Part shown: positions 39,697 to 51,627 of the stretch, one piece after another
How the letters are laid out: the number at the start of each line of letters is the position of its first letter
How positions within the stretch are numbered: the first letter of the stretch is position 1
From: Guillardia theta CCMP2712
Taxonomy: Eukaryota > Protista > Cryptophyta
Direction: 5' to 3'
NCBI RefSeq assembly: GCF_000315625.1
Contig: NW_005434667.1
Span: forward strand, 529,160 to 593,159
DNA length: 64,000 bases
Notes under the pieces: generated by a model
The model's database searches: none
Told to the model about the DNA's origin: nothing
The model's input: only the letters and a program-made list of their open reading frames with translations
Made by a program: the position numbers and the translations under genes

Positions 39697-40010
39697 CTCC
39701 TCCTCCTCCTCCTCCTCCTCCCACCTCCCTCCTTCCTACCTGCCCCCGCCTCCTCCCTCCTCCCTCCTCCCTCCTCCCTCCTCCCTCCTCCCTCCTCCCT
39801 CCTCCTTCCTTCCTCCCTGCCCCAACATTCCACCTCCTCCCTCCTCCTCCCTCCCCATCTCCTCCACTCACCCAATACCCTTCCCCCCGTCCTCACCTCT
39901 CCCCTTCCTCCCTCACTCCCAACACCTCTTCTGCCCTCCTATCTCTCTCCATTATCCTTGCTTCCTGTCTCCCCGGCTCCTGCCCTCTTCTGTTCCAGGC
40001 TCTTGTCCTC
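39697..40010 (+). repeat. Polypyrimidine (CCT/CCTCCCT)n low-complexity tract
   Basis: Read directly from the sequence. Confidence 0.9.
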
Positions 40011-43000
40011 AAGGCGTCGGCAGCAGCTGCTTTCCTATGTTTCCTCTCTCTCGTGTCCGATACCCTTCTGTGTTTTCGTCAGAGAAAGCAGCACGAAAAC
40101 TATCCGCCTCCTCCTCAACGCTCGCCAGTAAATCTGCTGCTGCAACTTCGCACCCATCGAGCGTCAACTTTCGATGAGAGCCTTGGCGTTCAAGCACACG
40201 AACGGCAGGAGCATCGAATCCCTGGCGGAAGACAGCCACATCCACATAGCAGCGCTGAAACGACGTGGAGGCATGATTACACTCGCAACTCCTCCTCCTG
40301 ACGCTTTCTTGCAGAAACTCTCGCACCTGATTTCTCAAGGATAGGACGTGAATGCCCGTATCCGCTCCACCGACACGCCGGTGCTGCTCGCTACCTCGCT
40401 GGAAAATGTTGCTTGCGGTTGATGCTATTGCTGCTTTGCCTGTTCACAGGATGATGATGATGATGATGATAAAGAACAATTTTGGTAATTCTCTACAGTG
40501 ACTTTCTCATGTCCCTGTAGTCCGCCTTCATTTCTTGCCATCAGTGTTCAAGCTTCTCCATAACATTCCGTGCCTTGCAAAAGTTTTGCCGCATCCTTTT
40601 CTTGCGGATAAATTCCGGTTTCAACTTCTTCAAGGGGCATATCTTTCTTGCTATTCCATTCTCCTCAAATTGTTCCCCACAGTTCCAACTGGAACGGTAG
40701 GAGGGAGGAAGGGGAGGAGCCACAGGTTCTTACAATCAACCTTCTGCACGAAAGCGTAATTTTCAAGAACCGTACAGATCTCATCTGTGTCCCACTTAAA
40801 CAAATCTCGTAAGTAGAACTGGTGCGTCCGTGCCGACACGTGACACCCAGGTCATGTCCGACATGCCCAGTGCCGACTCCAAGGTCCGACCGTCATGCCT
40901 CCGGGTCTATCACATCCACTTGTAACTTGTGTGCTTCTCCTGTGACATTTGTAAAAAACTGTCGTAACCATGACTGAATTTGTTTAAGCTCTCGATAATT
41001 TCATACCGTGGCATCATGGCAAAGCCGCGACTGCGGCAGTCAGTCACAAGTTCAAGTGACAGTAGTGCACCGTACTATCATGAGTCATTTGAGTCCGATC
41101 AGGACTCCGGGAGTCCCGGCCGGCCGGCCGCCGGCCCGGCGGCGGCGGGCCGCCAGCCGCCGAGTCTTTCGTTTGCCTCGTGCTAGGCCTTTCTAGGGCT
41201 CTCTCCTAGCACTTGGGGGGTAGGGGCAAAGGCTATGGTCCTAGAGTATGTATGCCGTAGCTCCCTAGCACTAGCTAGGCGCCTCCTGCATGTCGCTCGG
41301 TACCCGGTTGGGAGCGGGCGGAGAAATCAGACAGCAGAGCGAAGGAAAGGCCGGGATTCATCGGAAGAAGGATAGATCGTGAACGAGTGCGGGACGAAGC
41401 AAGAGCAGAGAGGAAATCAGTGGGCAAGAGGGCTGTCTCCTCAAACAGCGGCCATCAGTGAGGACCGGCGCGGTGCAGTTCTCCAGAGTAGGAGATGTAT
41501 GAATCGACCACAACATCGATTCCAACCCGATTAAAGCAGCACAGTCTTGCTAACCACGGAATGCTTCCAGACAAAGACGATGTTCAAGAACTTGTGATTT
41601 ATCTCACCCTGCTTTTCATTGTGCTCTCATGGATGCTTCGAGAGATACACATAGCCTTTTTCACGGAAGATTCTGAAACGCCATATAGACGAGACCCTCG
41701 GAGCGATGAAAACTCTGGAAACCCTCCATCAACTACAAACAGCGATTGTTAATGGGACGAACTAGAATGTTATTGAGAAGACCCTTGTTGAACTACTGAC
41801 TCCACCGCCCCCCCCCCCCCCCCCCCCCCTCCGCAACCCTCGATGATTGGGATGATGACTGGGATATCAGCATTGACATCTTTTTCAATTCTTTGGATTT
41901 GGTTTCCATCAGAGAATCATGTTTATGAACGAGATTGGCTGAAAAAAAATCTTTCATCTAAACGGACTGATACCTTCAAGCAAATCGTGCTGCGGGAAAG
42001 CAGCTTGCTTCACTTTTTGATAGGTTACTTGTTTCCAATTTGGATTGCATCATTGAGTGAATTATTCTGCTCTTGTGACACCTAGCAGCCATGCCTATCC
42101 TCCTGGAGTAACTTGATTTACTTCAGACCGATTACTTGATCATGTGTTTTCACTCTCAAGGCAGGCGAACAGAGCAAACCTTGCTGTTCAGTTCCGCTGG
42201 CCATGGATGTTTCTAGATCGATCCCGCCACATATTTGCTTGCCTCATCTGAATTTCTCGTCTGATTCAGCTGCTTGGTGTCTGCTTTCATCTTCTGTCTA
42301 CGATCGGCCTGTTCCTCTCCATATTTCGATTTCCTGTGCTGAATACCTCGACTCCCCCGACTCAAGATGATCGATCATCTTGCTAAGTTGCAAGTTCGCA
42401 TGCTCATTCATAGTCACGTCCGCCTTCACGCAAGTGTAATTTAGAAATCAGTATGAGGACAATCAGGACTAGCACTGCGGCACTCAACATTTACTCAAAG
42501 TTAAGTTAAAAATCAGTACGAGGACAATCAAAAGTTCCGGCACACAGGGGGCTCAGGCTGCGTATGACGCATTATTATTACTTTACTTTGAGTAAAGAAC
42601 TGAAGAATGATTATTATTATCTATTGTTCTTTTATGGTCTATTGAGCGCGTCGAGGTTCAAGACGGTACCACCGCAATACTCGAATTGTTCTGGTAGACC
42701 AGGCAGGGGGTCTTGCTATATGTCAATGAGGGGTGGTGGAGGATACCTCACCATATACTATAAATCTTTCAATAAATTTTATTGTCATCTTCGTCCCCAC
42801 GATATCTTTCACCCTGTCAGCATCCGCCGCAACACCCTACCCCCTCCTATATCACGTGATACTAGAACCCTACCTCCTCCTTGCCTAGTATGGTACCCCA
42901 CCCATTCTACTTCAGTGATATCCTGGCAATACCTCCACCCCACCCTTCCCTTGAACGGGCTCACGAAGAACCCCCTCTTTGGCCTACATTGTTCTGAAGA

Positions 43001-43528
43001 ACCACCCCTACTTTGAGTGACCCCTTACCGCACCCCTCCTACCCCACCGAGTGTGCTATCCATTGTTGCTGGTCCCTCCATGGTCCCAGACGCCCCGCAG
43101 AAAGGCGGCCAAGGCGCGGAGTACGGATGTAGAGAAGGGAGCATGAGAGAAGGAATGGAGATGGAAAGACTCGCACAGGATAGTGCTGCAGTAGTAGACT
43201 CAGACGAGTTTTCAACAGCTAGCCTCCATGATTGAAACCAGAATGTGACTGGAGTTCGGGTTGTTACATTCGAGGAAATCTTGAGGCAGGCGGGGAGAAA
43301 AGACGTGATTGTTAGGCAGAGGGCATGAAAACGTGATGTAATAGAAATGCTGTGAATTCTCCTTATGAGTGATCGGCTAAGTCTCTCTGTAGATAACTCA
43401 CGGGTTCTTGATTGTTTCCTTGGCAGGATAGGGACCACAGATTCAACTCCATCAAACATGCGTTGTGACGAATAAGAGACGATTCTCCGAGATTCAAGTG
43501 ATCGTCAAGTGAAAGGATTCAGGGAAGG

Positions 43529-46500
43529 ATGCTCTCTTCTTCTAGACACGTCCTGCTTTGTTTTCTCGCCCTTTTCGTCCTCGTTGCGGATGCTGCTGTG
43601 GACAACTCGTCCTGCCCAGCTCCTAACGTCACCCTCCCAAGTACAGTCACACAGTACTCCTACAAAGTAGGCGTGCTCGCCATCAACGGATTCGCAGACG
43701 CAAATGCGAAGTACAAACTCATGTTCGAAGAGTACCTCAACAGGAAGCTCCGAGACGTCTTCCACCCTAAGATCAACTTCACCATGGTACCTCTGGACTT
43801 CACCACCCTCTACACGTGGGTAGAGACCAAGATCGTCGACTTCATCTACGTCAACCCGTCTGCCTACTCCTGCATCGAGTCTCAGTACGGAGCCTCGTCC
43901 TTGGCCAGTCAACAAAGTATACAGAAGCTTGGCAACGACACTTACGACTTCGCCCTGTTTGGAGGCGTCATCTTCGTCCGAGCCGACAGGACGGACATCA
44001 AAACCATCGCAGACCTCAAGGACAAGTCAAGTAAGAGCTGCCGCCTGACGCATCGCCGACGTGACATGCTGGGCTGACAGACTGTTGTTTTGTGCAGTTG
44101 CGGCGGCTTCGATATCCGGGCTGGGGTCGGGGCAAGCGCAGTTCCGCGTCATGGTCGACAACGGCCTGAACTACATCCAAGACCCTGCCCAGCTGGTCTT
44201 CACGTCCAACCAAGGTACTGTGGTCAACATGGTGTACCAAAAGAAGGTCGACGTCGGCTTCGTACGCACCAACCAGATCGAGCAGATGGAGAGCAAGGTG
44301 GGCGAGTGCTGAGCTGTGCCTTGGAAGGGACTGACGTCTTGTACGTGTCGGCAGGGGAACACCAAGAAGTCGTATTTCCGGTATCTGGCGCCAGTCAAGG
44401 TATACGAGAACGGCCAGCCGTACCCTTTCGAGTCCTCGACGATCTTGTATCCGGAATGGAACGTGGCGGCACTTAGTCATGTGCATTGGCTGGTGCAGGT
44501 AAAAGGAGGGCGGGGGTCGGGGGGGGGGGGAGGAGAGCTAATGAGTATTGTGTGTCTACAGCGAGAGGTGCAACGAGCTTTGCTGGAGTTGGATCAGTCG
44601 GACCCTGCCGCCAAGGCAGCAACGGTCAAGGGATGGATCCCAACGCTGTCGTACATGGAGCTGAGGAACATGCAAGAGAAGCTAGACTTCATCTCTAAGA
44701 ACCCCGCCACGGGCCAGATGGAGTGTATCCGAGGTACAGCGCTCTATGACTCCATCACTTGTCCCCCAGGATACTTCAAACAGACCCAAGCAGAAGTCGA
44801 AGCAGGGTGTGCCAAGTTAAAATTGACTTGTCCCGTTGGCTCATCGTGCACGTGCAAGCCGTGCACCAAGGCGTTTGACGTAGATGTCATTCAAGTGAAT
44901 GACACGCTGACGGCAATCGCAAACAATGGTCAAACGTACCTTGGATGTGCGAAGATGACGACGTGTGCTCTAAGTCGACAGAAGTCGAAGTTCAAATTCA
45001 GGTCTTCTTATTTTTCGTTAGTCCATCGTCCGATTTCTGATCGACTCAAAACAGTGTGATTGACAACAAGAAGCGAGACAACATGGTGTTCACATACATC
45101 TTGCACTTGACAGACAGATTGGTGAAAGGGCAGGCAAATAAAACCACGACTCTTTACAGCTACGAGATTGTTGAAGAGATCGATTTCAAGGGTCAGTGGC
45201 TCATAGAAATCTTCGCAAACGGTGAACAAATCAATGAGTCCCCTCTTTTCATTCAAATCGCCAGTCGTGATTGCGCAGCCGAATATGGAGCAAACTCTCT
45301 GCGAGTAGCGACAGATGCAGGTGACTGTGTGTGCAACAGCCGATCATTCAAATCTGGAAGCAAGTGTGTCGACCTAGCCTGGTTCATCCCTGTCATCGTC
45401 GTGCCGATTCTGTTGCTCCTTGTGTTAGCAGTGATCATGTGGATGAGACATCAGATTAGGAAACAAGACTCCCTGTGGCTGGTCAAGCCTGATGAGCTTC
45501 AGTACAACAACCCCGTCGAGATCCTTGGACGTGGCACCTTCGGACTTGTTGTGCAAGCTGAGTACAGAGGAACGACAGTAGCGGTCAAGAGGGTGATTCC
45601 CCCGAAGAAGAACAAGGACCGCAAGAAGCGAATGAGCGCAGAGTCCATGGCTCACACAAGCATGTCAGGATCAGCAAGAAACATGTCAAGAGGGTCCGTG
45701 AAAGGATTCTCTACCAATGGTACAGGCTCCCTCATGGGATTCAATTCAGGCTCTCAGAATGGCTCCTCCTCCATGGACGAGGACGACATGGAATCTGGCC
45801 TCCTGTCCCTCTGCGTCTTCAAGAAGGACAAGCACGCCGAGCTCAAGGCTAACTTCGTCCAAGAAATGCGTATCCTCTCCAAGCTCCGCCACCCCTGCAT
45901 CACCACCGTCATGGGCGCGATCATCGGAGACAGGAACACGGAGCCCATGCTCATCATGGAGTGCATGGATCACGGGTCTCTGTACGACTTGCTCCACAAC
46001 GAGACCATGGTGATCGAGGGGGAGATGATCCTTCCCATCCTCCGCGACATCGCTCAAGGCGTGCGCTTCCTTCATGCAGCAGACCCGCTCATCGTCCATG
46101 GCGATCTCAAAGCACAGAACGTCCTGGTGGACTCAAAGTTCCGAGCCAAGGTCGCTGACTTCGGTCTCAGCCAGAAGAAGCAGCTGGGAGCTTGCGGCAC
46201 TCCCTTGTGGATGGCCCCCGAGCTGCTCAACGGAGGGACCAACACTCCGCAGACCGACGTGTATGCCTTCGGCATCGTGCTCGCAGAGGTGTACAGCCGC
46301 AGGGATCCGTATGAGGGAGAGGATACCAGGACGGTGCTGGAGGAGGTGGCCGATCTCAAACGGCCGGTGGACAAGCGTCCTGCCATCCCTCCCGCGTGTC
46401 CCTCGGACGTGGTGAGCATCATGAAGGACTGCTGGCACAAGAACCCTGTCTTCCGCCCTCCGTTCGAGGAGGTCGAGCGCCGCCTGAAGGCTCTGGATGC

Positions 46501-47564
46501 TCAGCATGCCGGGCCCCTTAGCGTGTTTGCTGGATATCATCACAAGACTTTGGACAATGGAAAGTCGCACGAGGAGCTTCTATACGACGTGTTCCCGTGA
46601 GCATCGCCTGTTTGCTCTCTCCTCCTCTTCTGCTGCCTTCTGCCCGCTGCCTGTCACCTCATGCCATGACAATCCTTGCTCGCAGGCGTCACGTCGCCAT
46701 CGCTCTGCGCGAAGGTCGCAAGGTCGAGCCTGAGCGCCGCGACATGGTCACCATCTTCTTCTCCGACATCGTCGGCTTCACAACCATCAGCAGCACCCTC
46801 GACCCCGTCAAGGTCTCCAACATGCTCGACCGGCTCTACTCGATCTTCGACCGCTTGTCCAGCACCTACGGCGTCTTCAAGGTAAGTGCTCTGCCCTGAC
46901 CACGTGCGAGGAGAGTAAGAGCTGCGCTCCTCCAGGTCGAGACCATCGGCGATGCGTACATGGCGGTAACCAACCTGGTGGAGGACCAGCCCTTCGACCA
47001 CGCCTTGAGGATCGCTCGCTTCGCCATCGGAGCCATCAAGGCTGCGCAGTCGACCCCCGTCGACCTTGACGATCCTTCCAAGGGCACCGTGCAGATCCGA
47101 GTCGGCTTCCACTGCGGGCCAGTGGTGGCCAACGTGGTGGGGACGAGGAACCTGCGATACTGTCTCTTCGGAGACACGGTGAACACAGCTTCGCGCATGG
47201 AGTCCAACTCCGAGGCTCTCAAGATCCACTGCTCCGAGCGAGCTGCCGAGGTGCTGAAGAAACAGGCAGTAGAGACGGAAGTTCACCTGGTCCCTCGCGG
47301 CACGATCCAAATCAAAGGGAAGGGAGAGATGAAGGTGAGGAGGCGTGTTGCAGTGCGGGAGGTTTCGAGGAGGCTGACTGGTGGGCGCTGCAGACGTTCT
47401 GGGTGGAAGAGCGGAAGATTTCGACCACCATAGTCGAGAGTGCCACGGAATTCGAAGAGTTTGAAGTCTCCGCAACTCCTGCCAGGATGTCAATTACTGT
47501 CACTGACAACATCACTATGGACGCAGACCTAGGGTTCAGTCACTCAGGTCGCCAACTAGCCTAG
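43529..47564 (+). CDS. Receptor kinase-guanylyl cyclase, copy B (inverted paralog of 34655-38668)
   Basis: Same domain order and intron positions as copy A, with long near-identical blocks. Last exon is TFWVEERK...GRQLA*. Confidence 0.92.
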
Positions 47565-47926
47565 CCTACTTAATAGGCTAGTCATGCCAGGCCGCCCCGC
47601 ACTCGCGGCAGAGCTTTCAAGTTTTAACGGCGTGATAGTACGGTGCTAGTACGAACCAGCCTAATACGTCAAGCCAAGCATTTAATACAAATCTTTGAAT
47701 GGTCTGCCTAGACTCGTGACTAGTCACTATTGGGCCCGGCGCCGGTCATCCGGTCAGATGGCACGGTGCCGGTGCTGTGTGCCGGTCACCGTGGCACACG
47801 GTCACCGGGTGCTGCGGCCGATCGGACTCTGGTGCGGACTTGTTGGATTGTTTTGACTAAAACAACATCTGTTTTTTACGCCATCATGGCGGCGACGGGG
47901 AAGAAAGGGGAGCGGAGAAAAGAGGC

Positions 47927-48026
47927 GGGCAGGGAGGCAGGGAGGCAGGGAGGCAGGGAGGCAGGGAGGCAGGGAGGCAGGGAGGCAGGGAGGCAGGGAG
48001 GCAGGGAGGCAGGGAGGCAGGGAGGT
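47927..48026 (+). repeat. (GGCAGGGA)n 8-bp tandem repeat, ~12 copies
   Basis: Read directly from the sequence, upstream of RPB11. Confidence 0.95.
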
Positions 48027-48205
48027 AGGTAGGTGACCATGGAGGGAAACAGTGGAGATGGAGGAGAGGAAGAGCAAGAGTGACGAACAGGGAAACACAA
48101 CGAGAACAAGTATTCCAAAATCATTGTTGTAACGATAGCTGAGGCTCACGAGTCATGTTGTAAACTTGTACAGTTTCTGACCTTCACCCTGCTCCAGGAC
48201 GAAGC

Positions 48206-48871
48206 ATGAACGCGCCCAAGATTGAAGAACGCTTCTTCCTCCTTCCTGACGAGGAGAGGTCATCCCAGTGTTCATTTCACCATCGCCCCTTCATGCACCT
48301 GCAGGTTGATAGCTGAAGATGACACCAAGATTGAAGGGGCGACGAACTTCACCATCACCAAGGAGGATCACACCATGTGAGTTTCCCTGCGCTTCAACGC
48401 GCATGTAACCTTTGCTCAGTGGCAATCCTCTCCGAGTACAACTACTGCGAGACCCCTCTGTCCTCTTTGCAGGGTGATCTCAAAATGGCCTATCCTCCCC
48501 TCTACCTCCCCCCCTCTCTTCACCCTCCTCCTTGTCCTCCTGGACCTCCTCCTCTGCGGCCTCTTCACCCTCTCTACAGGTATAGGCTTCCCCATCCTCT
48601 GGAGACCAAACTTCAGATCAAGATCCAGACCAAGAGCACGTCAAACCCTCAACTGGCGCTCACCGACGCCATCTCATCGCTCAAGAAGGTGCAAGAATAA
48701 CCTTCCGTCCTGTCCGTATCAGCCCTTTCCCTTCCTCCTCTCCGTCAGTGATCGCCCCCCGCCTGTCATTTATCATCCTTGCTTCAGGAGTTCCAGCGGC
48801 TCGACAAGGCCCTCGAGGACGCCGTGAAGACTTACAAGGAGCAGGGCAACGCAGGGGCCATGGACTACTAG
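48206..48871 (+). CDS. RPB11: RNA polymerase II subunit RPB11, 5 exons
   Basis: MNAPKIEERFFLLPDEER|LIAEDDTKIEGATNFTITKEDHT.|GNPLRVQLLRDPSVLFA|GYRLPHPLETKLQIKIQT...ALTDAISSLKK|EFQRLDKALEDAV...DY*. Confidence 0.93.
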
Positions 48872-49090
48872 TGGAGAGGAAGGGGAGGAGCCGACGAAGG
48901 CGGGCGGATGCGATTATAAGGATGCGATCATGAAGAGATTGGGGAAGGAACGAGGAGGGCGGAAGGGGGGTGAAGGGAGAGAAGCAAGGTCTGCGAAAGC
49001 GAATCTCTCGGAATTTATTTATCAAAGTTACCAACGTGAACTGAGGCGGCAGGTTGAAATGCTTATCGTACACTCGGACACTCTCCTTCC

Positions 49091-51593
49091 TCATCTCCTC
49101 CTCGTTCTCTTCGCGTTCCCTCCGTTGGTCATCTCGTCCTCCGACGCTCTCTTGCGGCATTGCACAAATAGGTCGATGATCAGCTGCAACCCAGCAGGTC
49201 AGGCCGACGAGGCTGAGGTTGGCTCAGACTCACATCTCCGATGACCCGAGCAACTTCTTCCGCCTGCTGCAGGGAGCTCGCCGCAGTTACAGTGCACTTC
49301 CCTGCTCTTCTTGTCACGGAGTAGGGATTTGAGGAGGGGGAGAGGGAAGGTGCCTGTGGGGAAGATGTTGACAAACACATTGTTCGACGCGTCTGTCAGG
49401 CAGTCCTTGTTCACGTAGACGCCCAGCCCCTTACCCACAGTCAGCCTCCTCTCGCACACTCGACCTATCCTCACTGTCACACCTGAAAGCGGTTGACCTT
49501 CTGCTTGATGTCTGCCTTGGGTACGTGAACCTTGCACACGCGCGAGCTGTTGTCAGGATGGCTCAGCTGCAAGTCCAGGTCACTTAGCAATGGGAGGCCA
49601 CACAACCGGCACCAGAAGCCGAAGCTCTTCCATATCCACCGTGAATCCTTTCTCGCGGAACCCAAGATCAAAAACTCCTACGAGGCTGGTTTAGAAGAGT
49701 GCAGACAAGGCTAGGGACTGGTTGCTACCGAGAATGGACTCTTTCTCAAGGCGAACCTGTTCATGCGTCAAGTACGATATCAACACACCTAACACGGAGA
49801 TACATTGACCGGCGCATCGAGACACAACTTGTGGAGCCAGTTGGGGTTCCCCTCACCCTTTGCGAGACAAGAATCAGGAGGAAACGAGGCGCAGCTCCTC
49901 TTCAAGGAGAAATCAGAACCTGCAGGAGAGAAGCAGCTATCCCATCATTTACTGCAAACTCCAAGTCAGCTTCATCCAACGAACCTCTCACTTGATACCG
50001 ATGCGGCTAACACAGTTTGCAACAACCTTGCAAGCAGTAAGTGACATCTCACCATCCCTGCGATCCCGAGTTATTCATCTCGTGCGCAAAATGGCACTTC
50101 CTCACCGGCAACCAGCAGTCTGGAGCCGCCCAGTCTTGAAGACTTTCACACTGACGTGATCAAACCCTCCAGGTAGCGACCTAGTTTGCGTAAGAATGAA
50201 TGTTGCCGGTAGTAATAACCTTACATCGAAACGAAGCAGCAATGGTCAAACTTGTTTGCTGATCTTGCCTTGTTCTTTGATTCAGATTGACCTTTCTTTT
50301 TCCTTGGCTGTAAAGCAGTAGGTCAACGGATTCTTGTCGTATTCGTGCAGGTTTCATCCATTACCACTCCACGGGTATTGTCGCCCCAGCGAACACAAGT
50401 GACGTAGTTGTCGACAGGACAACGCAGGAAAAACTGCCAAGAACAATTATCGTTAAGAAGACTAGCACCTTGTCGGTCTGCAAATCAAGCACCTGCTCCA
50501 GATCTATCGTCACAGCGCCTTGCGGAAGGTCAGGTGGAAGAAGCATGCAGATTCCAACGTTGCTGTTCTCCTCGAAAGGGCTTTCAACGCATTCGTCACA
50601 CTCCTTGGATTGACAAGAATGCACGGTCATCACCTTGGTGACGGGTAGACAGTTCCACTCATAGTGCGCCGGGTATGACCGTCCAGCTTCTTCACAGGCT
50701 GCATAAAGAAGCGGTCAAACCGATGGTTGACGCTTGTATCATTCACCTGCGGCTTGCGAATGGATGCAGCGTTTTCATGCATGTTGATATCAAGACTTGC
50801 CCTTCTGACCTGAGATTGAACATGAATCACGAGGAAGCCCTCGGAAAATCGATCAATTTTTGCTTACTTGATGCAAGAACGATGCAACTTCAATAACGTC
50901 CTACGGTCGAGTTCACATACAGGATCAAATTCCAGATTTAAGAGCCGGGGGAGTGGGAGGGAGGCTAGGGAGGAGAGGATGAGAGAACATTGCTATGAAC
51001 CAAACCTGTTTCAACTGATCTCGCTTCTTCGATTCATCTTCCATTGCCTTGCGTTGCTGCAAAGCGTACCAAATCAGCAATTAACAATCATTTGGTATGA
51101 GATGTATAGCAAAAACCTGTTCGATTTCAATCAGCGTCGGTCGTCCTTCTGTAGCACCCCCGCCAAAATTGAACGAGCTCCCTCGAAATGTGAAGGATCC
51201 ATTCGCCATATTGAAAGAGTTTCCTCGGCTCCGAGATTCAAACAATCCTAGGCTGCCAAACAGATCCCATGAAGACCGGCGCGATTGCTGTTGAGGTTGC
51301 TGAGATAGTGACTGCAACTGCTGCTGCTGCTGCTGCTGCTGCAGTTGGGGCTGCAGTTGCTGTTGCTGTTGTTGCTGCATGAAATCCAAGCCTTCCGTTG
51401 CAGACGCTCTCCTGTAGAATATCAAATTAATGCTTTGATGGCAAGAACTGAAAAACAGACCTGCTGCCCCCAAAAGGAAGGACCGACGATGCACGTCTAA
51501 TCGCATCAAACATCAAATCATGGTTTGGTAAGCGAAGTTCACCTACCTCAGTAACGCTGAAGCAACATTGCTGGCATGAGCAAAGATTCCTTT

Positions 51594-51627
<34 letters not shown>

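Noticed and set aside
34655-47564. Receptor duplication as a pure assembly artefact or allelic haplotypes
   Set aside because: The copies have extensive divergent blocks (signal peptide, stalk, one intron, kinase insert, C-tail), far beyond allelic variation.
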